From Pachysolen tannophilus NRRL Y-2460 (Eukaryota), in the NCBI GenBank assembly GCA_001661245.1, contig KV454011.1:1652041-1716040 (forward strand): DNA of 64,000 nt, given 5' to 3'. A program made the position numbers and the translations under genes. The notes below the pieces were generated by a model that saw only the letters and a program-made list of their open reading frames with translations, searched no databases and had not been told where the DNA came from. This document shows, one piece after another, positions 1 through 11,843 of the stretch; the stretch's first letter is position 1; each line of letters begins with the position of its first letter.

Positions 1-183
1 AAAAAAAAAAAAAAAAAGATCATTATACCCGTTCAATATATATATATATAAACTTGATTTCATTTTTGGATTTTTTTTTTGGGTTTTGTTTTTTCTTTTT
101 CCTTTTCTAAATATATATGAAGGACGAATATTGGATTTTGGATTTTAAATGTTTTCATTGGATTGTTAAAAAGTAGACAAGCA

Positions 184-843
184 TTAATCTTTTGAGATAT
201 CACTACTAGTGATATCTTTTAAATATTTCCTAGCTTTGGCAACAGAATTGATCAATTCTTGATTAGCATCATTAGCTGTTTTTTCAAATTCTGCTTTGAA
301 TTGATCAATATTTTGATTTGCCTGTTTATGAGTTTCATAAACTTCTGGGAAATTTTTCTCATATTCAGAAAGTAAATTTTTGGTATTGTTGTAAGACGCT
401 GGCATTGAAAATTTGTATGCAACAGTACCAAATATAACTGGAGTTATAAACCTTACTGGTAAAGAACGTCTATTGACCAATATTGATCCTGTCAATGCAC
501 TGGTTATTATATAAATTATATTTGGTAATGTTGGCTCAACAACAACTTCTCGAAAACTTGTTTCAATTTGCCTGATTTCATTTTGCAAAGCAGATTTCGA
601 AGTCTGATATTCCAACTCCAGAGATGATAACTTCTCATGTAAAAATTGTCTTGCTGAAGTAACATAGTGTTGTAAAAAAAGAGGTGATCTAATTGTCATA
701 CCTTCAAAAATTGAAATCTCGGAATTGGCCAAATGTGGTGATTCTTTTTCTTCTAAATCCTTTGGAATCTCCTGCTCAACAAAGCCAGGAATCGATGTTG
801 TAAGTTCATCATCAGAATAAAACGATCTCTTCGATACCGCCAT
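184..843 (-). CDS. MICOS subunit of the apolipoprotein-O family (Mic26/Mic27); Mic27 favoured by gene neighbourhood
   Basis: ORF with N-terminal FY-DD motif and LTGSILVNRR...RFITP...MP hairpin typical of Mic26/27. First ATG is at 843 (the track start at 879 is TTG). Lies next to AVT4 and near OCA1, as MIC27 does in S. cerevisiae. Confidence 0.8.
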   Translation of the reverse strand: MAVSKRSFYSDDELTTSIPGFVEQEIPKDLEEKESPHLANSEISIFEGMTIRSPLFLQHYVTSARQFLHEKLSSLELEYQTSKSALQNEIRQIETSFREVVVEPTLPNIIYIITSALTGSILVNRRSLPVRFITPVIFGTVAYKFSMPASYNNTKNLLSEYEKNFPEVYETHKQANQNIDQFKAEFEKTANDANQELINSVAKARKYLKDITSSDISKD

Positions 844-1218
844 TATAAAATAAAATATTTGATCACTAAATACTATCAATTATATAAAAGGCATTGATGA
901 ATAAACATAACCAGTAGCAGTTCGTATATTAAATATTTAAAGAAAAAAATAAAAAAATAAAAAAAAAAAAAAAATTACAAAAGTGCACATTAACCACGAA
1001 ATATAAGAAGATTACAATCAATACTTGTTCAAATGGTAGAAAGATAGTTTACAACTACGAGTCTTTACTTCTTTATTATGAAATGCAGATGATTTATTAA
1101 AGTTTCGTTCTTGATTATTTTGTTATATGTTTTCCGTAAATAACATACCTTTTTTTTTTTTTATATATAAGTTTTTGACTTTAAATGAATAAATAAAAAT
1201 GCTTTCTCTTTTTTTTTT

Positions 1219-3423
1219 TCATTCGAAAATGATTTGATAACTTGTATAAGCCATTGCTACAGCTCCTAGAACAACCAAGAAGATATCAAAACATTTCATG
1301 TTGAAAGTGTTTGAGACCGACTTGTAATGTAACAAAGGAGGGTACATATATACCAATGGGATACAGGCAAAACATCCGACAAATGAAACAAACTTGTCCA
1401 AGTTATCAGCTCCAAAGTATGCGATGAATCCAGTAAAGACAACAAACAGAGTTCTAAATAAATTTTTCAACCATTTTATTTTCATATCGTACTTACCTGT
1501 TAAATTTTTCGCAAAAATCCTATTTTCAATAATCTTAATTGCTGGGAAAATTTGTAAAGGCAGAGATAATAATATGGCTAATGCATAAAATAATTGGATC
1601 AAGTTAACCACTATTGAATCCTGTGGTAAATTGAAAATAATAACAGTTTGAACTTGATCACCAAATGTCAGGTAACAAAGAGCTCCAACTAAAGAGAATA
1701 GTACCGAACAACATAAAATTACCAAGAGTAAAACTAAGGGAAATTTTTCTGGATTTCGCATTGATTCTTGAACTGGTAAAATTAAACCAATTCCTTCAAA
1801 TGCAAAAATTGCAACACCAATAAATAATGAGAATGATGATTTGTTAAAATACTTTATATTTGGCCCAATACCATTTGCTAAAAGTGATTTGAATGTAAAA
1901 TAAAGTATTGAAACAAGACCAAAAAGTATAAAAATATTTGCTAATAAAGCTGCTAATGATAATTTTGTAATATTTCTAAACATTGAAAGTGGAATAAATA
2001 TTAATACTTGAAGTAAAACTAATAACTTGATAGAAACATCCCAATTAAAAATATTGACTAAAAATGCTCTAATGTTTTCAGAGGTGAAAACTATATATGC
2101 ACCAACAAATCCAATCTGAGATAAGACAATGCTAAATAATATTAAAACTTTCAGGGATTTTCCATAAAGTTTTAATCCAATATCTCCAAATGAAATTACT
2201 CCTGTAGCTAACTTTGATTGAACTAAAATTAAATAACACCAGAATGATAACAGTCCAAAAAATAATAATGCCAGTATTGAAAAAAATAAACCACCATTTA
2301 AAAATGCTTTTGGTAAAAATAAAATACCAGTTCCAACAAAACCTTTTAATAAGATTAAAAAACTTTTAACAACCGATGCTGTCCCATTTTTTGAAGAAGA
2401 AGGGGAAATTGGTGATGTAGGTGTAACTTCATGAGATAATAATGGGGATTCTTCGTCAACAAAACCTTTATGATCCGGATTAATGACATCGCATGCAACA
2501 TAATCTTCATCTTCTAAATCCTCTCCAGCAAAATGACCATAAACACTTAGAAATTCAATAAAATTCTTGGTTAAAAAAGTAGGATGTGTAAGTTGATGTC
2601 CATTTTTAATATTTTGTGCATTTGTTTGACGAACAATAAATTCTCTTCTAAAACCGCCTGGAACATTTATGCTACTAGCTTGAGAATATTTCCTTAAATT
2701 ATTTATATCTGTACTTGATATACTTTTAGATCTTTTCATTTTCCCAGATTGTCCTACAGCATTATTATTTTCATCAAATTTATATAAATCTCTAGCAACA
2801 TCACCACCTTGTAAACTCAATGGCTCTTTACTGTTAGGTAAATGTTTATTAACTGCTTTGATCAAAGTGGGATCTTTACCATCTATCCCAAAGGACAAAG
2901 ATGACGATCTATCTGATTCGAACGTTGAGCTATTATCAAACATCTGATGACCATTAATATTATTATTAATACTGTTATTGATATTGTTACTATTGTTATT
3001 ATTGTTATTGTTATTGTTTGGAGTAAACGAATTCTCTCTTGAATGACGCACAAAGGAAAGTCTTAATGATTTTCTCCCTCTTCCAGCAGCATCAACACTA
3101 TTACTGAAAAAATTACTATTATTAGCCGATGAAGATAATGCATCTGCAGTACCCATTGAAACGGATATTGCACCAGAGAGGGGCGATCCACTTGCTAACT
3201 TAGCAATCGATGCCCTTCGATATGAAGATCCAGGTCCATTGTACATTGATGAAGCAGAACTATGAGGAGAAACAGCACTACTACCTTCTCCACCACCTCC
3301 TCCACCTATGCCACCACCAGTGCCACCACCACCATTTAGATATGTTGATATTGGTGATTCAGTATTACTCTTGTTTTGTTTCTTCGGTATCGATATAGTG
3401 GTCCCCGTATTTGAAAATGACAT
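1219..3423 (-). CDS. AVT4: Vacuolar amino-acid transporter (Avt3/Avt4 family)
   Basis: 734 aa. Long low-complexity N-terminus, PGGFRREFI and FIEFLSVYGHFAGEDL motifs, then an Aa_trans multi-TM domain (LLKGFVGTGILFLPKAF, FAFEGIGLILP). Confidence 0.88.
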   Translation of the reverse strand: MSFSNTGTTISIPKKQNKSNTESPISTYLNGGGGTGGGIGGGGGGEGSSAVSPHSSASSMYNGPGSSYRRASIAKLASGSPLSGAISVSMGTADALSSSANNSNFFSNSVDAAGRGRKSLRLSFVRHSRENSFTPNNNNNNNNNSNNINNSINNNINGHQMFDNSSTFESDRSSSLSFGIDGKDPTLIKAVNKHLPNSKEPLSLQGGDVARDLYKFDENNNAVGQSGKMKRSKSISSTDINNLRKYSQASSINVPGGFRREFIVRQTNAQNIKNGHQLTHPTFLTKNFIEFLSVYGHFAGEDLEDEDYVACDVINPDHKGFVDEESPLLSHEVTPTSPISPSSSKNGTASVVKSFLILLKGFVGTGILFLPKAFLNGGLFFSILALLFFGLLSFWCYLILVQSKLATGVISFGDIGLKLYGKSLKVLILFSIVLSQIGFVGAYIVFTSENIRAFLVNIFNWDVSIKLLVLLQVLIFIPLSMFRNITKLSLAALLANIFILFGLVSILYFTFKSLLANGIGPNIKYFNKSSFSLFIGVAIFAFEGIGLILPVQESMRNPEKFPLVLLLVILCCSVLFSLVGALCYLTFGDQVQTVIIFNLPQDSIVVNLIQLFYALAILLSLPLQIFPAIKIIENRIFAKNLTGKYDMKIKWLKNLFRTLFVVFTGFIAYFGADNLDKFVSFVGCFACIPLVYMYPPLLHYKSVSNTFNMKCFDIFLVVLGAVAMAYTSYQIIFE

Positions 3424-3480
3424 CTTCAGATATCTCTATGAATCTCTAAGTCTATAAGTCTATGAATCTAAAGTTATCTA

Positions 3481-3516
<36 letters not shown>

Positions 3517-3879
3517 CTCTGTTTAGTAGACTGATCTTCCTTTTCTTGTTCTATTATGCGCAAGGCTCCACTTTTAACAGCCCTCAATTCTTTAAAATCA
3601 CCACCCCTAAATTAACATTTTAAAAGAGAAAATATAAGCATAAAAAAGGGGCGGTGGAGGGTGTTTTTAACAGAAAAAAAAAACCAAATCTGCCAAAAAA
3701 AAAACATAAACAAGTTGCCCGTAAAATTTGTGTTCCGCACTCATCTTTAATCGTATCGAAAGAAGAAGTACTTAAAATTGAAAAACCTGGGCAAATATAT
3801 ATATATTTCTATATATTTATATATATATATATACATATAAAGTGTTTCTGGAAAAAGTTTACAGAGTAGTACTTAAGAG

Positions 3880-4401
3880 ATGGGGTTGAGTTGGCCATTT
3901 GGCAGCAAAAATGGTGATCAGGCCAAGGAACAAGCGGTTAAGGAAAATACTGTTGTGGGAGGGATTCCTCAAGAAGAGCTGAAATCACATCAATTTTTAG
4001 AAGATTTACCGCCCAAGTTCAACGATACAGATACAAAACCTGGTCCACAAGAAGAACATAAACAAAAGCTTGGTCAAGTTGTTAAAAATTTAAAGATTGA
4101 GGATTTTTATATTTCAAATTTGATCCTGATTCCATGTTTTAGAGAAGCTGGAATGGCAGGTTTTGCTGCCCTGGCAGCTTTTGGTTCAATAATTTTTCTA
4201 TATCATAAAAATGTGAATAAAGCAATAAATTGGGGGTATGGAGGGTTTTTCGTTGGAAGTATATTTGGCTGGGAACAGTGTAATGGAGCTAGAGAGAAAT
4301 CTCAAATGAGTGTTACATTGGCTAAACAAGCTTATGAGACAAGACAGAAAAGAAAAATTTTAGAAAAAATTAAAGAAGAAAGGGAAAAACAAGAAAAATA
4401 A
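3880..4401 (+). CDS. COX20: Cytochrome c oxidase assembly protein Cox20
   Basis: IPCFREAG...YHK...A.NW...GWEQC pattern of yeast Cox20, two TM segments. Confidence 0.9.
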   Translation: MGLSWPFGSKNGDQAKEQAVKENTVVGGIPQEELKSHQFLEDLPPKFNDTDTKPGPQEEHKQKLGQVVKNLKIEDFYISNLILIPCFREAGMAGFAALAAFGSIIFLYHKNVNKAINWGYGGFFVGSIFGWEQCNGAREKSQMSVTLAKQAYETRQKRKILEKIKEEREKQEK

Positions 4402-4468
4402 TATAATATATATATATTTTTTTTTCGCAATTTGTACATAAAACCATAATATACCAATATCATTTTCA

Positions 4469-5128
4469 TCATGATAATAGCCAATCAGGTGCTAATTCGC
4501 GATTGATCTTTATACTATTAACATCAAAAGCTTCAATTAATAATTCAACTAAGATTCTTCCACCTCTATTACCTGTAAACCTTCTATATTCTTCACTCAC
4601 ACTTGCTAAATTCCAACCTTGTAATTTCCTCAAACACCCAATAATAGTACCTGTTCTATGCCTACCCATACCACAACATACTAGCAACGGATAATTCCTC
4701 TTATCAATCATTATTTCTAAAGCTTGCTTTATTGAATTTTCAGAAAGTCCATCCCAAGAATTACTATCTATATTATTGAAACCTAAATTATAGAAAAAAT
4801 TGATATTATTCTCATCAATAAATTTTAAAAAATTATCCTGTGGATCTTCAATAGCCAACCATATAATTGATTTTAAATTTAATTCTTTTAAAAAACTATG
4901 GTTTATTGTCGAAGGTTGCCCCGATCTGTATAAATATCTCTCCACTGGATTGAAATTCAATGGAGGAACTATTCTTAAAGAAGGAGGTGCCGTTATAGAT
5001 CTTGTATTATCATTATTTTGCTTCGAATGGTATTGTACTTGATCTATAGTTATCACTTCATTTTTATGATTATCTTTGATATCCTCTTCAACTGAATTAT
5101 CTTTGGAATGGGCTAAAAGATCAGACAT
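4469..5128 (-). CDS. OCA1: Putative tyrosine/dual-specificity phosphatase Oca1
   Basis: [19 protein letters not shown] and [11 protein letters not shown]...[16 protein letters not shown] closely match recalled S. cerevisiae Oca1. Confidence 0.93.
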   Translation of the reverse strand: MSDLLAHSKDNSVEEDIKDNHKNEVITIDQVQYHSKQNNDNTRSITAPPSLRIVPPLNFNPVERYLYRSGQPSTINHSFLKELNLKSIIWLAIEDPQDNFLKFIDENNINFFYNLGFNNIDSNSWDGLSENSIKQALEIMIDKRNYPLLVCCGMGRHRTGTIIGCLRKLQGWNLASVSEEYRRFTGNRGGRILVELLIEAFDVNSIKINRELAPDWLLS

Positions 5129-5154
5129 ATTAAAACCACAAAAAAAAAAAAAAA

Positions 5155-6842
5155 AAAAAAATTCTCCCTTAAAATAATAAACCCACTATCAGTAAAATTA
5201 TTCTATTAGATTAGCTTGAATCCATCCATCTAAGATAATCCTATATTATTATAGTATATAATTTTATATTCTCTTAACTTTACTTAAATTCATCATCATC
5301 TTCTTATAAATTTAGTGTAAAATAAACGACCACAATTTTTCAATCATTTTTCTTAACACGTTTAAATTTTCTTTTCAAAAATAAAGAAAATTCAATACTG
5401 AATAATTGAATAATTAAAATAGAGAACAATTAAAAAAAGAAAATAATTGATCCATTGAAGATATATTATAATAAGTTATGCCTAAGAAAAGTACAGCCAA
5501 GATACCACCTAGTGCATCTGTTCCAACAACTGCGTCGGTTACAAAACTGCAGACAGTGTCGTTATACCAAGAAGTAACAGAAGCAATTCAAGTATCGTAT
5601 AAATCATATTTAAAAGATATATCAACAAATAAAAAATTGAAAACACTTGATTTGTTTTTGGTTTTTTTAGTGCTGCTAGGGATAGTACAATTTGTATTTT
5701 GTCTATTGATTGGAACTTTCCCCTTCAATGCATTTTTGGGTGGGTTTATTAGTACTGTAGGACAGTTCGTCCTCACAGTTTCATTGAGATTACAGTCTAC
5801 CGACGAGGAAAATAAAATCTTTAAAGATATCAGCCCGGAAAAGGCATTTGGAGATTACGTTATTGCCAGTTTAATATTGCATTTTGTCGTTATCATTTCA
5901 TCNNNNNNNNNNNNNNNNNNNNNNNNNNNNNNNNNNNNNNNNNNNNNNNNNNNNNNNNNNNNNNNNNNNNNNNNNNNNNNNNNNNNNNNNNNNNNNNNNN
6001 NNNNNNNNNNNNNNNNNNNNNNNNNNNNNNNNNNNNNNNNNNNNNNNNNNNNNNNNNNNNNNNNNNNNNNNNNNNNNNNNNNNNNNNNNNNNNNAAAAAA
6101 ATTCTCCCTTAAAATAATAAACCCACTATCAGTAAAATTATTCTATTAGATTAGCTTGAATCCATCCATCTAAGATAATCCTATATTATTATAGTATATA
6201 ATTTTATATTCTCTTAACTTTACTTAAATTCATCATCATCTTCTTATAAATTTAGTGTAAAATAAACGACCACAATTTTTCAATCATTTTCTTAACACGT
6301 TTAAATTTTCTTTTCAAAAATAAAGAAAATTCAATACTGAATAATTGAATAATTAAAATAGAGAACAATTAAAAAAAGAAAATAATTGATCCATTGAAGA
6401 TATATTATAATAAGTTATGCCTAAGAAAAGTACAGCCAAGATACCACCTAGTGCATCTGTTCCAACAACTGCGTCGGTTACAAAACTGCAGACAGTGTCG
6501 TTATACCAAGAAGTAACAGAAGCAATTCAAGTATCGTATAAATCATATTTAAAAGATATATCAACAAATAAAAAATTGAAAACACTTGATTTGTTTTTGG
6601 TTTTTTTAGTGCTGCTAGGGATAGTACAATTTGTATTTTGTCTATTGATTGGAACTTTCCCCTTCAATGCATTTTTGGGTGGGTTTATTAGTACTGTAGG
6701 ACAGTTCGTCCTCACAGTTTCATTGAGATTACAGTCTACCGACGAGGAAAATAAAATCTTTAAAGATATCAGCCCGGAAAAGGCATTTGGAGATTACGTT
6801 ATTGCCAGTTTAATATTGCATTTTGTCGTTTATCATTTCATC
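5155..6842. repeat. Near-identical ~750-bp direct duplication (5155-5902 and 6095-6842) on either side of an N gap (5903-6094)
   Basis: The only differences I found between the copies are homopolymer lengths. The first copy contains an OST2 ORF (from 5478) that runs into the gap. Probably overlapping contig ends. Confidence 0.9.
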
Positions 6843-6848
6843 AATTAA
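6417..6848 (+). CDS. OST2: Oligosaccharyltransferase subunit Ost2 (DAD1 family)
   Basis: GTFPFNAFLGGFISTVGQFVL..SLRLQ and C-terminal LHFVVYHFIN. Confidence 0.95.
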   Translation: MPKKSTAKIPPSASVPTTASVTKLQTVSLYQEVTEAIQVSYKSYLKDISTNKKLKTLDLFLVFLVLLGIVQFVFCLLIGTFPFNAFLGGFISTVGQFVLTVSLRLQSTDEENKIFKDISPEKAFGDYVIASLILHFVVYHFIN

Positions 6849-7428
6849 GAAAATCAAGAAGAGACAAAAAAATTATGTTTTGAATTGTTTTAAATTGTGT
6901 ATAATTTTTTTTTTCTTTTTTTTTTTTTAATTAATCTTTCTTTATTTTAAGTATTTACTTTTATTTACTTTTTCATTTGTTGATAAAATTTTGATTAATT
7001 AATTAGAATCAAGAGAAATCCATTTCATAAGAGTTTGTTTTTAAGATTAATTTCTTCACCTTCTTCACCTTAGTATTTATGTCTTCTTTTTTATTTTTTT
7101 TTTAACCGGAAACTAGAATACTGAATATTAAAAAAAGACAGATTGGGGCGGTTTTATTTTTTTGTTTGGGAATCGCGTTTTTTTAAGCGAGATGCAAGTC
7201 TATGCAGGTATTTTTGTTTTTAAGAATGTTTTTATCGTACTCTCTTGTATTGAATTGTATTAATTTCTAAAATTATATTGACTAGTTTGAAACCCAAATT
7301 CTAGAGTGGTATTCTTGTTTTGATCATAATATTTTTCGAAAAAAAAAAGATTACTTAGATTTCAAAAATCTTTTTCATAAAATTCTAGCTGTAAGTTTTT
7401 ATCAAATATATTGAAATCAATAGGGGAA

Positions 7429-9894
7429 ATGACTGCATTGGCAGCTAACGCAGCTAGTAATAAAGTCGTTCAAGATTCATTTCATCATCAAATGAAGAAG
7501 AGGCAAGGGGATTTAACAATTGCATTTTCAATAAGATCACATTTCTTGAAAGATTTGGACGATACAGAATGGAAGTATAGACAAAAACTAAACAGTCTCT
7601 TGAACTCTTTATCTCCATTTTCCAACATAGTGGAAGATACCAAGAGTTTGATAGTAGCACATATTGATTTATCAAATTCAATGAATGGTATTTCAAATGA
7701 TGGTGAAAATGAGCAGGCAGCAAGATTTGAAATATTGGTTGATTGGACATTCAAAATTATACCATTATATGCTCGCTATATCAAATTATTTCAACATAAA
7801 TTTGTTATAAGTGCTTTAGAAAAATTACCATTTGCAAGAATAGCTTATTTTGCTAAATTTTTTGAAAAAATGTTTGAATTGTACAAAACTTATCCTAATA
7901 TAACACAAGATCATTTTTTAGTTCTGAAATTATTGAATTGTAATACAAAAATATCGGAAATTTTCTCATTTTCAAAAGATATTTTACAAGAAATTGATTA
8001 TAATTTAGATGAAAGTAATAACGATGTTTGTTTTAATAATGTTAAATCATTAGATAACTTGCAATTAATAGCATCAAATTTTACAGACACCAATATTCTT
8101 GATATCGGTAAAATTTTAGCCAAGTTTTCATTATACCATAGATTGAAAACTATAAACAACATTGATGTTGAAATCTTAGCTCTTGGGAAAGACAATGATG
8201 ATAATACTGATGATACACATATTTTTAATAAAATCTCGAGTTTAGCTATTTGCAAATTAGGAGAAAATAATAAAAAATCATTAATGTTCCCACCTTTTAG
8301 ATTTAATGAATTAGTGATCTTAAATAACGATCTTTTATTTGATTTCATGTCACCAAGTAAAAAGACGAATTTTTTGCAAAATGCTAATGATAAAGATATA
8401 ATATTGACAACAACACAAACCACAGATTTCGAACAAATTGAAATCATGTTGAAATTCACAATTTTACAAGATGATAGCAGACTCGGGTTTAAAATTTTTG
8501 AAAATATGTTCTCTAAGATGAGTTCAAATGTAAAGAACCCTAATAAAGATTTTTTCAAGAAATTAGAAAACCTAAATGGGTTGAAAAACGGTAAAACAGG
8601 TTTAGATATCAGATTGGATTCTCCAATAATGCCGAGTTCCGCTACAAGAGCTACAAGACATTTTGGCGAAATGAATGATAATGATTCCTCTTCTCAACTG
8701 CAATTACAAAACTCCCCCGTGGTAGAAGCATCTCAACAAAAGAAACTGACGAATTCCACCATGGAAATACCAAGAACTCAATCTAGTTTCTCTTTGTTAA
8801 ATAAAAATAAACTCGGTGCTAACCTCTCTGATTCTTCAGTAAAACCACGACAACTATTTTCAAGGACAAAAAATACATTCAAGGAATTCATCACAACAAC
8901 CAGCAATGAAGAATACATCAATGATGCATCCAAAGATGATGAGCCTCGATTGTCGATGACATCCCCAATGAGTTCTTTTAGTGATATAACCGACTCGTCG
9001 ATTTGCTCTCTGAAGCAACAAAAGCAGAAACATATTTATAGAAATATGCTTAAAGTTGTCAAATTGGAATCTACTACATCAGCAAAAATATTCAATAAAA
9101 ATACCTCTACAAAAAGGGAAGATGCTTCCAAAATTTCATTAATGGAACTGAAACCTATAAAGGAAACCATAGTAACTACAGTTAAAAACAAAGTTACAAT
9201 TGGTTACTCTACTAATGAGGACGAAGGCGATACCAAAAGTATCAATGAACTTAGGAAATCTACTCTTGGTACGGAAAATCCAGTTATAAACTCGAGGAAT
9301 GCGAATGAAATTTTAAACACCATTGTCAACAGTAAAAAGTGCACCACAGAGAAAGAGTTGTCAGAATTATACCACCGTAATGGATCTGATAAGCGAGATC
9401 AGAGAAAGTCATCTGTACTAACACTTCATTCTAGAAAGAAAAAATTCACAAGCTTGGATAATTCCGATAATGAAAGTGACCATGCAGAAGATGACGAAAT
9501 AATTTCAAATCAGATACTTGTTAGCTCTTCTGAACAAGAACAAAAAGAAAATAAATCACAAAATATTAGACGAAATAGAAGGAAATCATTCATGGACATT
9601 TTAGGATTAAAGAAAAAACCTGCAAAGTTAAGTTTTAACGAGTCTGAGGTTATTGATAGCACAGTTTCATCTTCAATACACGCAATGAGTGAAGATGAGT
9701 CAAAGCAAACAATAGTATCCAGATCATTTCTATTCGACGTAAAATACAATCCTAAAAATACAAAGAATTTAAGTATTGAACCCCAGGAAAATACGACCAA
9801 CATAAATTCTTCATCAGCCATTAAAATATCCACGTTACCTTCACCATTTGATGTTTCATCAGATATGGTCAGCCAGATATGTTTGTCGGGCTAA
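7429..9894 (+). CDS. Uncharacterised protein, possibly a fungal DH/PH-like family member truncated at the C-terminus
   Basis: Open frame of about 820 codons, first ATG at 7429. Helical N-terminal half (KLPFARIAYFAKFF), S/K-rich C-terminal half. Family assignment is weak recall only. Confidence 0.6.
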   Translation: MTALAANAASNKVVQDSFHHQMKKRQGDLTIAFSIRSHFLKDLDDTEWKYRQKLNSLLNSLSPFSNIVEDTKSLIVAHIDLSNSMNGISNDGENEQAARFEILVDWTFKIIPLYARYIKLFQHKFVISALEKLPFARIAYFAKFFEKMFELYKTYPNITQDHFLVLKLLNCNTKISEIFSFSKDILQEIDYNLDESNNDVCFNNVKSLDNLQLIASNFTDTNILDIGKILAKFSLYHRLKTINNIDVEILALGKDNDDNTDDTHIFNKISSLAICKLGENNKKSLMFPPFRFNELVILNNDLLFDFMSPSKKTNFLQNANDKDIILTTTQTTDFEQIEIMLKFTILQDDSRLGFKIFENMFSKMSSNVKNPNKDFFKKLENLNGLKNGKTGLDIRLDSPIMPSSATRATRHFGEMNDNDSSSQLQLQNSPVVEASQQKKLTNSTMEIPRTQSSFSLLNKNKLGANLSDSSVKPRQLFSRTKNTFKEFITTTSNEEYINDASKDDEPRLSMTSPMSSFSDITDSSICSLKQQKQKHIYRNMLKVVKLESTTSAKIFNKNTSTKREDASKISLMELKPIKETIVTTVKNKVTIGYSTNEDEGDTKSINELRKSTLGTENPVINSRNANEILNTIVNSKKCTTEKELSELYHRNGSDKRDQRKSSVLTLHSRKKKFTSLDNSDNESDHAEDDEIISNQILVSSSEQEQKENKSQNIRRNRRKSFMDILGLKKKPAKLSFNESEVIDSTVSSSIHAMSEDESKQTIVSRSFLFDVKYNPKNTKNLSIEPQENTTNINSSSAIKISTLPSPFDVSSDMVSQICLSG

Positions 9895-10617
9895 AAAATT
9901 AATATAAAAAAAAATATCTTTCTTCATTGTAAGATCAATTGCAGAATGTCGAAATGGAAAAACAATATACGTGACATTATATGATTCGATGAGCATCTTG
10001 TTCAATCGTTATCAACCAATTGTGAAAATGCAAACTATATGATCGCTTTTCATGAAGACGAATACTAGGATGGAAACATGCTAATCTTTCTCTGCGCATG
10101 AAGCGTGAATTAAATGGGTCTCGAATTATTGAAACTTCAACGGTATTCTTTATTCAACTTCAAAGAAAGGTTTGACTACAAAATGTTATGTTTGGGATAG
10201 TACGGGATTGCACACGAAATTGTCATTAAAACCTTGAGATGTTACCGGAAAAGTCTATATTTTTATTAATGGTACCAAGTTCTTTTCATAGAACTTCCAG
10301 AAGTGTTATTCCAATCGTCCCCATCATACTTAACATTATCATGTTCACAATTTTTTTTTTTTTGAAACAACAGCAATAGGAATTACTATAAAGATTGTTT
10401 GCAGTGAGTTGTAACTTGATGAAAAACAAATCAAGAATGGGAAGGGGAAACTGAGGTTAAATGTTTAATTTAAATATGTATGGTTTGAGAATCAAAAATA
10501 CGAAGTACAAAGAAAGAGCTAATTAGATAAATGGAATTGATATCATTGGGAGAAATTAAAAAATTGGAATATGTGCTTGAATTCAAATAAAAAGTAGAAA
10601 TATGGTTATTTTCCTAG
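9895..10617 (+). pseudogene. Decayed coding-like continuation of the 7429-9894 gene
   Basis: Protein-like stretches past the TAA (CRMSKWKNN, ELNGSRIIETSTVFFIQL, LEYVLEFK*KVEIWLFS) broken by stops and frameshifts. Fewer homopolymer tracts than the true intergenic DNA here. Confidence 0.45.
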
Positions 10618-10778
10618 ATTTTCTTTTACTATGAAACGTGATTTCTGCTCATGTGTTTTCAAAACTCTTTTTAGAATGACATTTCTTATTAATCTATTTT
10701 TAAATAATGTCAATATATAAAATATATATACAAAAACGAATAAACAAAACAAAGGGATATACTTTTAATGATTAGCCT

Positions 10779-11843
10779 TCAACTTTCGTAAGCGATTAAA
10801 GAAGCACTAGCCAAATTTCTTCTGACATCGACCTTGTCAACATCATGTGTATCTTCGACTTCACCCCATCTCTTAGTCTGGTAAATGGTTTCCAAAGTTG
10901 CAGCTTGAGCAATTTCCTCTATTGTCAAAATACCTTCTTCTTCTTCAGCTAGAGCCTTTTCGTTTGCTCTAATGATAGCGGCTCCGGCCAAGAAAGATTT
11001 AGCAATTAATGTTGCTTTCTCTAAAGCTACCATTTGCCACATATTCAAACCAGACATCCAAAGTCTAATTACTTCTTTCGTTTCTTCCGTTTGAACATTA
11101 CCAACTAGTCCGTCTTTATCCGAGTCTAAATAGGAGAGTCTTACGTTGTCTTTACCAGTTGATTTGGCAAAATAATCTTCCATCGACTTAATGATAGGTC
11201 TATACAACTTTTCTTGAGCTGGTCTCAAATCCCCATCACAGTCTAATGCCGGAGAAAAAACCAATAAAGTATCGGTGTCTAAATATCTCAACAAATCTTC
11301 TTTGATATCATCAATTCTCCCTACTTTGACAATGAGATCTGGATCATTCAAATCATGGGATTTAGTCAAATCAATAGCTCTCGAAGCAGTAGAAGTCAAT
11401 GGTAATGAAAAAGATCTTGCGGATAAATTTGGTAAGTGCTTCCATTCAACTGCAATCAAATGAGCCAATGTCTTCTTGGACTTTGGTAAGACTAAAGGAT
11501 TACCCAATGGAGTCTTGATTGTCTTGTTATCTAATTGAACCTCAAAACCATGGTCTGTTTCTTCAACACCAACTTTTTCCCAAAACTTTGAAAGATTCTT
11601 CTCCAAACGCTTAGTTTCAGGTGAAACATTTCTCTCAATTTTTTCCTGTGTTAACTTTTCCTTCGGAGGAAACGGAGGAGCATCATTATTTGGTTCCTTG
11701 GCATAGTATCTTTTCAAAGTTTGAAAAGTCAAGGGTAAACTAGCACTAACAGCACATGGAAAATTTGTACTTGGCCCTTTACTAACAGCTCCAACTCTAA
11801 AGCTTTTAAATGTCACTAAGCCTGAGCTTCTTCTTGAAATCAT
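10779..11843 (-). CDS. ATP12: Mitochondrial F1-ATPase assembly chaperone Atp12
   Basis: KFWEKV, LD.KTIKTPLGN.L, LLRYLDTDTLL, QTKRWGEVEDTHDVD; R/S-rich presequence. Confidence 0.95.
   Translation of the reverse strand: MISRRSSGLVTFKSFRVGAVSKGPSTNFPCAVSASLPLTFQTLKRYYAKEPNNDAPPFPPKEKLTQEKIERNVSPETKRLEKNLSKFWEKVGVEETDHGFEVQLDNKTIKTPLGNPLVLPKSKKTLAHLIAVEWKHLPNLSARSFSLPLTSTASRAIDLTKSHDLNDPDLIVKVGRIDDIKEDLLRYLDTDTLLVFSPALDCDGDLRPAQEKLYRPIIKSMEDYFAKSTGKDNVRLSYLDSDKDGLVGNVQTEETKEVIRLWMSGLNMWQMVALEKATLIAKSFLAGAAIIRANEKALAEEEEGILTIEEIAQAATLETIYQTKRWGEVEDTHDVDKVDVRRNLASASLIAYES

Noticed and set aside
5155..6848. Apparent tandem duplication of OST2
   Set aside because: The copies abut an N gap and differ only in homopolymer length, as expected for unmerged overlapping contig ends. 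Read depth or PCR would settle it.
7391..7457. Intron-like GTAAGT...GCTAAC...CAG/TAG around the start of the 7429 gene
   Set aside because: Neither acceptor joins an open upstream frame (stops lie immediately 5' of the donor), so no coding exon is supported. The 5' end of the gene remains uncertain.
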